64,000 nt of DNA from an uncultured Candidatus Saccharibacteria bacterium (GTDB lineage: Bacteria; Patescibacteriota; Minisyncoccia; Phycocordibacterales; UBA9973), in assembly GCA_964456475.1 (NCBI GenBank), contig CAYVZI010000007.1, positions 294 through 64,293 of the forward strand. Reading direction: 5' to 3'. This document shows positions 18,074 to 27,593 of the stretch, piece by piece. A program made the position numbers and the translations under genes. The notes under the pieces were generated by a model. It saw nothing but the letters and a program-made list of their open reading frames with translations. It was not told the DNA's origin and did not search any database. Each line of letters begins with the position of its first letter. The first letter of the stretch is position 1.

Positions 18074-18781
18074 ATGAGAATAGATTTATTAAATAAAATA
18101 CCCAAGGTCTATTTTGCTTATATTTTGGTTATGGCTGTTTCAGTCATTGCTACCTTGAAATGGCCGGTTAGCGAAACAATTCAAAATATTGCAGCGCTTC
18201 CAGGCGTCGGAGCTTTGTTTCTTGTTTTATTCCAGATTTGGAAAGACCGCTTGTCTCACGACCGTGCGATAGAATTACAAAGTAAACAACAAGATTTTGT
18301 TTTGGGAACTGCTTCGCATATGGCTGAGGTGGCTTATGATAAGCACGTTTTATTTTGTGAGGCTTATATTGCAAGAGTTCAAAAAGGATTTCAAGAGTTG
18401 TTAAGAGATGGTCCATCAAAGAACTGTTTAAATATAGGCAGAGAGTTAGTCAATATTCGACAGGACTTTTCTCCTTGGTTAACTAAAGAAATCGAAACTA
18501 AGTTAAAACCATTTGAACAGATCTTGATTAAAATAGGAGCAAAAGATGGATTGATTGAAAACTTACCAATCGGTGAACAAAGAAATAAAGTAATAGATGA
18601 AGTTTATAAATCGTTTGGACTCATTCTTGGTCATGAGCAACCAGGTAGTGAGGAAGAAGAAGGGCTTGCTATAGATCAAATAATTGAAAAAATCAGAGTA
18701 ATACTCGGTATTAATATTTTGACAGAATTGAGAACAAAAACAGCTGAATTGGCTTTAGTTAGAGTTCGTAGTAGTAAGTAA
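18074..18781 (+). CDS. Hypothetical membrane protein
   Basis: Two N-terminal TM segments, helical C-terminus. Confidence 0.75.
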   Translation: MRIDLLNKIPKVYFAYILVMAVSVIATLKWPVSETIQNIAALPGVGALFLVLFQIWKDRLSHDRAIELQSKQQDFVLGTASHMAEVAYDKHVLFCEAYIARVQKGFQELLRDGPSKNCLNIGRELVNIRQDFSPWLTKEIETKLKPFEQILIKIGAKDGLIENLPIGEQRNKVIDEVYKSFGLILGHEQPGSEEEEGLAIDQIIEKIRVILGINILTELRTKTAELALVRVRSSK

Positions 18782-18825
18782 TTTTATACTCTACCCCTCC
18801 CCTCCAAAAGTGCTATCATATACTC

Positions 18826-19233
18826 ATGAACAACAGCTACTCTTGGTACTCGCAGCTTATCAAACCCTCATGGGCGCCACCATCGTGGGTCTTTGGTCCT
18901 GTGTGGACTGTGCTCTACATACTTATCGCTATTTCATTCGGTACGGTTTTTAAGCGAGCTTTTGAAGGCAAGATTTCTTGGATGGTCGCGTTGCCATTCA
19001 TTCTCAACCTCCTTTTTAATTTCATCTTTACTTGGATTCAATTCGGACTCAAAAATAATCTCCTCGCAGCCGTCGATATCTTTCTCGTATTAGTCACATT
19101 AATCTGGGCAATGGTTGCTATCTGGCACGCATCGGCAGAACTACGTTGGATTACATACATCAACATTCCATATCTTGTATGGGTGTCCTTTGCCATTACT
19201 GTGCAATTTGCTGTAACTTATTTGAACCGATGA
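18826..19233 (+). CDS. tspO: TspO/MBR tryptophan-rich sensory protein
   Basis: WYSQLIKPSWAPPSWVFGPVWTVLY, PYLVWVSFA. Confidence 0.95.
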   Translation: MNNSYSWYSQLIKPSWAPPSWVFGPVWTVLYILIAISFGTVFKRAFEGKISWMVALPFILNLLFNFIFTWIQFGLKNNLLAAVDIFLVLVTLIWAMVAIWHASAELRWITYINIPYLVWVSFAITVQFAVTYLNR

Positions 19234-19682
19234 TCATCAATCTAGACTTTGTAGGATTATTTCTCTTTATCGCCGGATTCATCATTGGACTCGGCGCAGT
19301 CACTGTGATTGATATTCACGGTTTTCTCGGACGCAAGTCGAGCTATTGGACCGAGGCGACGATTCGTACACATAAAGTCACTAAACCAATGATCTGGGTG
19401 GGTATTACGTTTGTCGTGCTAGGTGGTGCTATCTTCTATCGCAATGTACCGTTTGCTGGTATACCACTGTATCAATCCATCATCGCGCTCGCACTTGTAC
19501 TCAATGGTATATTCCTTTCGTTGTATGTGAGCCCTTTTCTCCTCGCACGTGAACGAGAAGGGAAACAAACCGAACTTTTGCCCGACTCACTCCAGAAGAA
19601 AATCATGATAAGTCTCATCGTCTCAGACCTCGGCTGGTGGGGTGGCTTGGCACTATTGGTCTATTACATTACGACAGCATAG
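19230..19682 (+). CDS. Hypothetical 4-TM membrane protein
   Basis: ATGA overlap with tspO, four hydrophobic segments. Confidence 0.8.
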   Translation: MIINLDFVGLFLFIAGFIIGLGAVTVIDIHGFLGRKSSYWTEATIRTHKVTKPMIWVGITFVVLGGAIFYRNVPFAGIPLYQSIIALALVLNGIFLSLYVSPFLLAREREGKQTELLPDSLQKKIMISLIVSDLGWWGGLALLVYYITTA

Positions 19683-19749
19683 TTTTTTGTTGTGTATTGC
19701 AAATCCACACCTCTCAAATCGAAGTCATGGCGTATAATAGGGCATCGCT

Positions 19750-20610
19750 ATGAAAAAAATAATTGGAAAATTGAAGAATGATCAGAATGTGCTCGTGTTT
19801 GATAACGCCGAATTAGATGGTCTGAAAGATGCGTATAAAGTGCCGAATGTGACGCTCGCTATTCCTTTTGAAGTCGATACCCGCAAGCTTGCTGAAGGCG
19901 AGTGGTATTACTTCGTGCTCACTGAAGAAGAAAAACAAGAAATGCTTGGCGGATTCGTGTCAGAAGATACAAGCGTGGGGCTCGATACAATGGTTGCCGA
20001 TTATTACTCAGAACTTAAAGCAATATATCTTGTATCGGGTGAAGAGCGAATCTTTACAAAGGTCACTCCGCGACAAGTGCTCCGTTCCGAGATGTATGTG
20101 TCATTTGGTGAGAAGCCGAGTTTGGTTGAACAGGGTAATGCCATCCGTCTCACTGGAGAAGTGGATGCATACTGGAATGGTTCACGTCTCTTTTTCAAAA
20201 AATTCACCCTCATTCAATCACTCTTCCCAGGAATCAAAAAAATGTATCGTCAAGTCACTGAGCAGGGTACGAATGAATTTCTTTCAAGTACACTCTTCGA
20301 ATTGAAATCAGAAATGAGTAGCGAGATTATCGGTCTGCGTAATCGCAGAAAGATGGTCTCAATCATCGAGTCCAAAACTATCGATTTGAAGGATGAAGAA
20401 GTCTGCAGTAAATATCTCGAGTATGCCAAGGAATACAATCTCGATCTCGAAATCACCGATGGTAAGATTGCACTCATCGACAACACAGACATTGCGACTG
20501 TCATCAATCTCTTTGGTGAGAATTTCTACACCACAGCAATCACTGGCGAGCGCCGCGAAATCCGTACGAGCAAAAAACTCGTGCCAACCCCACGCAAGCG
20601 AGCAAAATAA
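19750..20610 (+). CDS. DUF4868/KwaB-like protein
   Basis: Recalled family pattern (FTKVTP, VDAYW, FYTTAITGERRE); not verified by search. Confidence 0.5.
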   Translation: MKKIIGKLKNDQNVLVFDNAELDGLKDAYKVPNVTLAIPFEVDTRKLAEGEWYYFVLTEEEKQEMLGGFVSEDTSVGLDTMVADYYSELKAIYLVSGEERIFTKVTPRQVLRSEMYVSFGEKPSLVEQGNAIRLTGEVDAYWNGSRLFFKKFTLIQSLFPGIKKMYRQVTEQGTNEFLSSTLFELKSEMSSEIIGLRNRRKMVSIIESKTIDLKDEEVCSKYLEYAKEYNLDLEITDGKIALIDNTDIATVINLFGENFYTTAITGERREIRTSKKLVPTPRKRAK

Positions 20611-20661
20611 TACCCCTTTTATCCTAAGAGTAGGGTAACTATGTATTAAAAAAATCCCTGG

Positions 20662-21162
20662 TTATCCAGGGATTTTGAGTGATTTCTTAAAATAACAAGT
20701 TTCGTATGGCTTAGTTTGGACCGTTCGATATAATACAAAGCCAAGTTTTGGATACAGATGATGGCCAGCTTTGTTTCCATCGGTGTTTGAGGTGAATAGT
20801 TTGATTGTCTCTAACTTTGGATGAAGTGAGCAAATATGATCAATCATTTGTTGAAGCATCTGTGCTCCGAGTCCTTGTTTTTGAAAACAAGGTCGTATAC
20901 CAAGGTATCCAATCCATATCTCAGTCTCCTTTGGGTGGCTTCGAGAGAAGTAATACCCGATTGTGCCTACCGTTTGATCGCCTCGTTTGACCAAATAATA
21001 CCAGCAGGTTTTATTTCCTTCATCGAATGCGTATTTGTAAGAGTACGTCGGTTGAAAAACATTAGTATTATCAAACTCTGTAGGAAAAATTTCCTTTGCG
21101 AGCATCGCAGCGCTATATATGTTTTCTCCGTTGATAAGGGTAAACGTTAATTTATTTCTCAT
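20662..21162 (-). CDS. GNAT family N-acetyltransferase
   Basis: FQKQGLG motif, LYPKLGF. Confidence 0.85.
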   Translation of the reverse strand: MRNKLTFTLINGENIYSAAMLAKEIFPTEFDNTNVFQPTYSYKYAFDEGNKTCWYYLVKRGDQTVGTIGYYFSRSHPKETEIWIGYLGIRPCFQKQGLGAQMLQQMIDHICSLHPKLETIKLFTSNTDGNKAGHHLYPKLGFVLYRTVQTKPYETCYFKKSLKIPG

Positions 21163-21261
21163 TAATGATAAATTTTAGTCATAATACATACTTTATTAAA
21201 ATAGTCAAAATACAATTTTAACAACTCTAGTTTGATTTTTATCATTTGGTATACTGTTTTC

Positions 21262-22263
21262 ATGAAAAAAATATACACTATTTTTGTACTAACGTTGTTC
21301 GTCCCATTGCTCACTTCAGCTCATGTAAAGTGGTTTGTAGATAGCGATGAGGTGATCAAAACGTCTCATGGTATTTTGCCGTTCTATGGTATTACCAACA
21401 AAGAAGTTCTCATTTGGTCATTTATCGTACTTCTCACTGTTTTCATATTTAGTGTAATAGACACACACATAAAGAGTCCTAGTAAACTCCTCGCATTTGG
21501 CCTCAAAAATGAAAAGGTCATCAATCGAATATCCCAAGCGGTGCTCGGATTGTTTTTGATTACAGTCAGTTTGGTTTGGAAGATTATTCTTATTCCCGAA
21601 ATTCCAGTTGAGGCTTCTGTAACGTATATTTTGCAAATTATACAAATCGCAGTTGGTTGTATGTTTGTTTTCAATATCTTGCCTCGCGTTGCGTCGGTCA
21701 CGCTGATGCTCTTTTGTGGAGGACTCATATTTCAGACTGGTTTCGTATCTCTTCTCGAAAACACAATTTTACTTTCGCTCGCGTTCTATTTCTACATCAT
21801 TCATTCCCCAGAGGACTCACGAGTGTTTCAAATGTTGAATAAACATGCAGTAGAAATCGTCCGCATTGGAACTGGTATTTCGCTCATTACTCTCGCATTT
21901 ACAGAAAAGTTTTTGTATCCAGAATTGAGCATGCAATTCCTCCAAGTGCATCATTGGAATTTTATGCAGGAAGTGTTTCCTTGGTTTAGTGACAAGCTTT
22001 TTGTGCTCAGTACTGGATTTGCGGAGACAATTTTTGGCATTCTCTTTATTTTCGGTTATATCACTCGCGTTACGACAGTGCTTATTGCCGTTTTCTTCGG
22101 GCTTTCGGTCACAACGATGCTTGTGCAATTTCGTCAGTGGGAAGTGGAAGACCTTGTGGTGTATTCAGCTGCTATACTTTTTATTTTTTATGGTCATGGA
22201 AAGACAAAGTTCTTTCATTTCATTCGGAGAAATACATCATTTCAAAAGAATGTAATCGGATAG
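21262..22263 (+). CDS. DoxX-family multi-pass membrane protein
   Basis: AHVKWF, RIGTGISL..EK, multiple TMs. Confidence 0.75.
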   Translation: MKKIYTIFVLTLFVPLLTSAHVKWFVDSDEVIKTSHGILPFYGITNKEVLIWSFIVLLTVFIFSVIDTHIKSPSKLLAFGLKNEKVINRISQAVLGLFLITVSLVWKIILIPEIPVEASVTYILQIIQIAVGCMFVFNILPRVASVTLMLFCGGLIFQTGFVSLLENTILLSLAFYFYIIHSPEDSRVFQMLNKHAVEIVRIGTGISLITLAFTEKFLYPELSMQFLQVHHWNFMQEVFPWFSDKLFVLSTGFAETIFGILFIFGYITRVTTVLIAVFFGLSVTTMLVQFRQWEVEDLVVYSAAILFIFYGHGKTKFFHFIRRNTSFQKNVIG

Positions 22264-22269
22264 TATTTT

Positions 22270-22764
22270 ATGTACCTCACCAAAAAAGAACAGAATGAAT
22301 TGATAGTAAAAAAATCCAAACATGGCAAGGGTGTTTTTGCGTTACGTACATTCAAGCCAGAACAAAAAATATTTCAGTTTGCGGGTAAGCTTATTTCATG
22401 CGATGCAGATGATTCGACGGATGATATCACTCGTTCAAATACAATTCGTTTTGACTCTGATTGGTTTGTGAGTCCTGCTGGAAGAATTGGTGATTTTTTG
22501 AATCATTCATGCGAGCCGAATGCAAAGGTAATCAAAAAGGATAATAAACTATTTATGATTGCAATCTTGCCAATCCAAAAAGGAGAAGAGATAGTTTTTG
22601 ATTATTCGACAGTTATCGCATCGGACGATATTTGGACGATGCGATGCAAATGCGGAAGCAGTAATTGTCGTGGTGTAGTGAAGCAGTTTCAGAAATTACC
22701 AAAAAAACTACAAAAGCAGTATATTTTTGAATCAGTCGTACCGAGTTATATTTTGGAAATCTAA
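22270..22764 (+). CDS. SET-domain protein-lysine methyltransferase with post-SET
   Basis: GKGVFA, NHSCEPN, EEIVFDY, CKCGSSNCRG. Confidence 0.92.
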   Translation: MYLTKKEQNELIVKKSKHGKGVFALRTFKPEQKIFQFAGKLISCDADDSTDDITRSNTIRFDSDWFVSPAGRIGDFLNHSCEPNAKVIKKDNKLFMIAILPIQKGEEIVFDYSTVIASDDIWTMRCKCGSSNCRGVVKQFQKLPKKLQKQYIFESVVPSYILEI

Positions 22765-22780
22765 CTGATATACTATCTAT

Positions 22781-23314
22781 ATGCAAAAGAATCTACTTAT
22801 CTTTCTTACCGTGCTCGTATTTGTCATTGCTGGAATTTTGTATTTACAAAAGAGCGGAAGTGATATTGTGCCCACAAATACAGTCGATCGCTACAAAAAC
22901 ATTTCGTATATAATCGACGGAAGAAATGTAGCGCTTGTCGATGGTTATGCAGAGGAAGAAATTGCTCCTGATTCAGCTACCATGCTCGTTACTCAATATT
23001 TCGGTAACAGAGCAACAGGAGATCTCAATGGTGATGGAAAAGAAGACATCGCATTCCTTCTCACTCAAAATAGTGGAGGAAGTGGAACGTACTTTTACGT
23101 AGTTACTGCTTTGAAAGTCGCGGATTCATACATTGGTACGAATGCCATATTTCTCGGTGACCGAATTGCTCCACAAACGACTGAAATTCATGACGGGAAA
23201 TTGGTAGTCAATTATGCCGATCGTGCAGTGCTTGATCCAATGACTACAAGTCCTTCAATCGGAGTATCAAGATATCTCATAGTAGATGGGACTGAACTAG
23301 TTGAGGCACACTAA
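22781..23314 (+). CDS. Membrane-anchored exported protein
   Basis: N-terminal TM, GDLNGDG, GGSGTYFY, LGDRI. Confidence 0.75.
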   Translation: MQKNLLIFLTVLVFVIAGILYLQKSGSDIVPTNTVDRYKNISYIIDGRNVALVDGYAEEEIAPDSATMLVTQYFGNRATGDLNGDGKEDIAFLLTQNSGGSGTYFYVVTALKVADSYIGTNAIFLGDRIAPQTTEIHDGKLVVNYADRAVLDPMTTSPSIGVSRYLIVDGTELVEAH

Positions 23315-23324
23315 TACTGTTGTT

Positions 23325-23597
23325 ATGGAAGAAGAATTCCATGTATACATACTCGAGTGTTCAGATAAAACACTCTATATCGGTTCGACAAATGACTTGG
23401 AAAAGCGACTCCACGCACACAATCATTTGAAATCCGGGGCGCACTATACGAAGATTCGACGCCCTGTAGTTTTGAAATACAGTGAAAAACACCCTACATA
23501 CTCAAAAGTGAGGGAAAGAGAGGGTGAGTTGAAGAGACTTACGAGAGCGGAGAAGTTGAAATTGATTCAAAAGAGAAAATCCAAATCTGGATCCTGA
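23325..23597 (+). CDS. GIY-YIG nuclease (UPF0213-like)
   Basis: VYILECSDKTLYIGSTNDLEKRL..HN..GAHYTK. Confidence 0.93.
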   Translation: MEEEFHVYILECSDKTLYIGSTNDLEKRLHAHNHLKSGAHYTKIRRPVVLKYSEKHPTYSKVREREGELKRLTRAEKLKLIQKRKSKSGS

Positions 23598-23614
23598 AAC
23601 TAGTTCAGGATGGC
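23587..23614. repeat. REP-like half element
   Basis: 24/28 identical to the reverse complement of 4643-4670. Confidence 0.65.
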
Positions 23615-23674
23615 CCAGGGAATCGTAACCGGGTATTTGTGTTGGTTTTATAAACTTTACAAACTTTTTAACTT

Positions 23675-24418
23675 TCAACTATTTTGGCTTTTCCAGCGGT
23701 CGAGGATTATGGCGCCGGCTACGCCTGCGTTGAGTGATTCTGCGCCACCGAATTTTGGGATAGTTACTTTTTCAGTAATGCATTTTTCTACTTCGCGACT
23801 AATGCCGTGTGATTCGCTGCCGACGACAAGTATGCCATCTTTGGGAAATGTGAATGTGTGAACTGATTTACCTTTCATATCTGCACCTAGGATCGGTGTT
23901 TTTTGTTTTTTGAGAAATACGGGAAGTACTGTGTAATATCCGTTTACTCGAGTGAATGAACCCATCGAAGCAGCGATCGTCTTTGGATTGTGCCAATCGA
24001 CGCAAGTGTCGCTACAAATGATGTTTTTGATACCGTACCAGTCGGCAATACGGATAAGTGTACCAAGGTTGCCTGGATCACGAATGTCGTCGAGTACGAG
24101 TGTGACGCCAGAGAGGGTCGGGATTTTGATTTCTTTCTGTATGACGATGGCAAGTGCACCGTCGTTGTGTTCAAGTGTCCCAAAAGCCTTGAGTTCAGCT
24201 CCGTCAACAATTTGCACTCGAGCGTCTTTTCTTGTGTCGAGGAGTTCTGTGTACTCTTTGCGGAAGTCGGTAGTGATATAGAGATTGTCTATCTTGTAGT
24301 CACTTCGGAGAAGCTCAACCACGTTCTTGGTCCCTTCCACGAGGAATTTCTTGGTTTCTTGGCGGTATTTCTTCTCGCGAAGCGCTTTTATGATTTTTGT
24401 GCTCATTGGGTTGGTCAT
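23675..24418 (-). CDS. TrmH/SpoU RNA methyltransferase
   Basis: DPGNLGTLIR, GSESHG, ESLNAGVA. Confidence 0.95.
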   Translation of the reverse strand: MTNPMSTKIIKALREKKYRQETKKFLVEGTKNVVELLRSDYKIDNLYITTDFRKEYTELLDTRKDARVQIVDGAELKAFGTLEHNDGALAIVIQKEIKIPTLSGVTLVLDDIRDPGNLGTLIRIADWYGIKNIICSDTCVDWHNPKTIAASMGSFTRVNGYYTVLPVFLKKQKTPILGADMKGKSVHTFTFPKDGILVVGSESHGISREVEKCITEKVTIPKFGGAESLNAGVAGAIILDRWKSQNS

Positions 24419-24540
24419 GCCGGATAGTATACAGTATTTTGTATGGAGTATACAGTATGGATGCAAATGCAAAGCCCCGCCGGTTTTGCCGGCGGGGCTC
24501 ATACTGTATACACAATACCGTATATTAAATACTTGCTTTT

Positions 24541-24807
24541 TTACTGATTCATCATACCTTGTCCGTATCCCATATCATACGTGTCGCCAGAATACATCAT
24601 TTTATTGCCTGCGTGGTTGCGGAAGTCTCCATACCCACGAGATTCAAGCATGCCTTTGAGTTCTCCAATTTTGAATGCGAAACAGAATACGATAACAAGA
24701 ATAGTAATCTTGATAACCCATTTCAAAACATGTAGGTGGTTCTTGCTGCATCCGTGTCCACAGCCTCCACATTCCATACTGCAAACATGATTTTCTTTAT
24801 TTTCCAT
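24541..24807 (-). CDS. Hypothetical small membrane protein
   Basis: One TM, Cys/His-rich N-terminus, GMM-rich tail. Confidence 0.7.
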   Translation of the reverse strand: MENKENHVCSMECGGCGHGCSKNHLHVLKWVIKITILVIVFCFAFKIGELKGMLESRGYGDFRNHAGNKMMYSGDTYDMGYGQGMMNQ

Positions 24808-24880
24808 ATTTTTGTTGATTAATTTTTAATAGAGTAAGTATATCAAAATATTTCGAGCGTTGCTATGTATATGAGAATAA

Positions 24881-25792
24881 TTAGTGTAATTGAGCTTTCT
24901 CTTTGGATCCAAATGCGTGAATTTTTTCTTCGACCACTTTTGCAACAGCGTCGATAACTTCATCCATGAGTTTGACTACGGCAAATTCTTTTGGATTTTC
25001 AGCAAGCTCTTGTTCGAGTGTGGTGCGAAACGCGTATCGCATGTCTGAATTGATGTTGATTTTGCTTACGCCTATTTTGACGGCGTCTTCAAAAAAGTGG
25101 AGCGGAGTATCGGACCCGCCGTGGAGACTGATGTTGCAATCTATTGAGTTGCGAATCTTTTGGAGTAATTCAAGATCGAGCTCTTTTGGCACTGGGTATT
25201 TTCCGTGCAGATTTCCAACGGCAGCTGCAAACGTATCAATACCTGTCGCATCAACAAATGCTTTGGATCCTTCGGGCGTACTGAACGTCTTTTTGATTTC
25301 TGCATAATCAATATTCTCAGCATGTACGTTGCTTGATCCACCGAAATAGTGAGGTTCAGATTCTACGATAGCTCCAGTTTTTTTGGCGTATTCCACCACC
25401 TCGCGGGTTGCAGAAATAATTTCCTCATCTGTCGCACCGTGATTTTCTTGCGATACATCGATATGGATGAATTCAAATCCCGCATCGATTCCGGCTTTTG
25501 CCGCTTCAACACTCGGACTGTGGTCGAGATTGAGGTAAATCTCGATTCCGTATTCTTTTTTGTAGTTGGTGACCATATCGCGCGCATTGTCGAGACCAAT
25601 GGCTTTCACTTCGCCATGAGAGAGCTCGATGAGGGCAGGGGAATTGAGTTTTTGTGCTGTTTTACAAATTGCGACAAGCGTTTCTTGGTTGTCGATATTA
25701 AAAGCTCCTACCGCAAAATGTTCGGTGCGAGCACGTGTCATAAGTGTTCGAGCGTGTTTACAATTTTCTTGGATTTCTTCGAGAGTGATCAT
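24881..25792 (-). CDS. fba: Class II fructose-bisphosphate aldolase
   Basis: AVGAFN, NLDH, GNLHGKY, LHGGS, KININ. Confidence 0.93.
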   Translation of the reverse strand: MITLEEIQENCKHARTLMTRARTEHFAVGAFNIDNQETLVAICKTAQKLNSPALIELSHGEVKAIGLDNARDMVTNYKKEYGIEIYLNLDHSPSVEAAKAGIDAGFEFIHIDVSQENHGATDEEIISATREVVEYAKKTGAIVESEPHYFGGSSNVHAENIDYAEIKKTFSTPEGSKAFVDATGIDTFAAAVGNLHGKYPVPKELDLELLQKIRNSIDCNISLHGGSDTPLHFFEDAVKIGVSKININSDMRYAFRTTLEQELAENPKEFAVVKLMDEVIDAVAKVVEEKIHAFGSKEKAQLH

Positions 25793-25835
25793 AAAAATAT
25801 GGTATTACCTATAATGAATATAGTATACTGTACGT

Positions 25836-26726
25836 ATGCAAAAAAAGCTTTCTATTTTTTTTCTTGTCACATTCCTTTTTTTACAGGCAGATGTTGCTTC
25901 TGCTTCGACTGGATTTGTAGGTAATCCAATTTGGATTTATCCGGAATTCCCTCGTGAAGACGAGATGACGACTCTTTCAACGCTTTTTCGTAATGGAGAA
26001 ACACAAAAACTTTCTGGAACAGTCTTGTTCTATGACAATGAGGTTTTGATTGGCAAAAAATCGCTTACCATTTCTGCTGGAACAGTAGCTACGGCAAGTA
26101 TTACGTTTCGCATCGAACCAGGCAATCATGTTTTTTCGGCTACGGCCCAAGGTTTTCAAGAAATTTCAAATAACGGCTCGGCCAAAACATATGCACTACC
26201 ACTTGGTAAAGCAGAAATGTCAAAATTATACATGACCAAAAACGGGAGTGGCTCGGGGGTAGAAGCGGTAGGCCTAAAAGCAAGTGCTCAAGCACAACCG
26301 ATCCTCAACAAAGTAGATGAATTTGAAAATAAAGTAATTGAGAGTGTTCCTGACTCGGTCAAAGAGCCAATTATTGCAACAGTAGATTCACTTGAGAGAC
26401 TTCGAGTGACCACAAGTGTCTCGTTGGAAAATTCAGTTGCTAAGGCAACGGAAGCGGTTGAAGAACAGAAAAAAGTTGCAGAAGAGCAGATCAAAGAGTC
26501 TGGCGCTGTGGCCCCTTCGACCAAGTATATCAATAGTCCATTTGCTACAGTTCGACTATTTGTCGCGCGACTGTTCCATTACATATTTTCACATGCGTAC
26601 CTCTTCTATATTGCATTTTTTGCAGTCCTCTTTTTCTTGGTTCGTTCGATTTTCCGTAAAATCAAACGGACTCGACATGAAAATCGTGTTACCAAAAAAG
26701 TTTCTAATAGAATCTCGAAAGAGTAA
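25836..26726 (+). CDS. Exported Ig-like protein with C-terminal TM
   Basis: Signal peptide, beta-rich domain, C-terminal hydrophobic helix plus basic tail. Confidence 0.75.
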   Translation: MQKKLSIFFLVTFLFLQADVASASTGFVGNPIWIYPEFPREDEMTTLSTLFRNGETQKLSGTVLFYDNEVLIGKKSLTISAGTVATASITFRIEPGNHVFSATAQGFQEISNNGSAKTYALPLGKAEMSKLYMTKNGSGSGVEAVGLKASAQAQPILNKVDEFENKVIESVPDSVKEPIIATVDSLERLRVTTSVSLENSVAKATEAVEEQKKVAEEQIKESGAVAPSTKYINSPFATVRLFVARLFHYIFSHAYLFYIAFFAVLFFLVRSIFRKIKRTRHENRVTKKVSNRISKE

Positions 26727-26807
26727 TCACTTCGGATGATATATTGACTTATGGCTCAGAATATGCTATATTCTGAGCCATTTTAACTTTCTAAAATTTA
26801 ATAGTAT

Positions 26808-27227
26808 ATGCAAAAAGGTGTATTGAAGTATGAATTAAAATTTGCTGAGACCGGGAGATCGGCAGCCTATTTTTGTAACGGCGTTCAAGTCAGCCCAGAC
26901 TTTACATGTCAGAGTAATCTGATCAAGGTTGTCCTTGTATTGTCAGAGCTAAAATTGATAACGAGCGAAAAGCATAATGAGATGCTAAGCTCGATTATTG
27001 AAAACAAAAAGATGCCGGCGGTGATGCCAGGCATGATGAATTTCTCTGTTGTAGTTACGGATGACTTCAATATTATTGTGGAGGCATGTGGAATGACGTT
27101 TAATACAAAAGCATTCCATCCCACCTCGTATTATGGCAATATTTTCAATGGCTTCCAGGAAAACATCTATTTCAATTCATTCTTTAAGAAAAAAGAACAA
27201 AGTGAGCCAGCTTCTGTTCATAACTAA
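26808..27227 (+). CDS. Hypothetical protein (orphan cassette)
   Basis: TTGACT..TATATT promoter, terminator 27245-27275. Confidence 0.7.
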   Translation: MQKGVLKYELKFAETGRSAAYFCNGVQVSPDFTCQSNLIKVVLVLSELKLITSEKHNEMLSSIIENKKMPAVMPGMMNFSVVVTDDFNIIVEACGMTFNTKAFHPTSYYGNIFNGFQENIYFNSFFKKKEQSEPASVHN

Positions 27228-27276
27228 TTTGCCAGAATGATGGCAAAACCCCGCTGTAACACAGCGGGGTTTTTTA

Positions 27277-27320
27277 ATACCCGCACACTTCCTTTTTGCA
27301 AAAAGGAAGTGTGCGGGTAT
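27277..27320. repeat. Perfect 44-bp palindrome
   Basis: atacccgcacacttcctttttg|caaaaaggaagtgtgcgggtat. Confidence 0.85.
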
Positions 27321-27329
27321 ACTGGGTTC

Positions 27330-27593
27330 ATGCGATTTCGTATTTTTTGTACAATTTTTCTACTGATATCCGTTTGTGCGTTTCCTCTTTATTTTACAAT
27401 GGCGATAGGGCTTTTTTCGGTAGTTTGGTTTCGGAAGTATTATGAACTCATCCCGCTCTTTCTATTGAATGATATTCTATATGGTGTTCCACTCGCTCAT
27501 TTTTTCCATTTTTCATACGTTATGACGCTACTCGCTGTAATTTTGGTTGGAATAAGTATTATTGTTAGAAAAAATATATTTACCAATGAATAG
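27330..27593 (+). CDS. Small membrane protein (MreD-like position)
   Basis: Hydrophobic, overlaps mrdA start. Confidence 0.6.
   Translation: MRFRIFCTIFLLISVCAFPLYFTMAIGLFSVVWFRKYYELIPLFLLNDILYGVPLAHFFHFSYVMTLLAVILVGISIIVRKNIFTNE

Noticed and set aside
18044-23614. Prophage or ICE at tRNA-Gln
   Set aside because: No integrase, phage genes or distal tRNA 3' repeat seen
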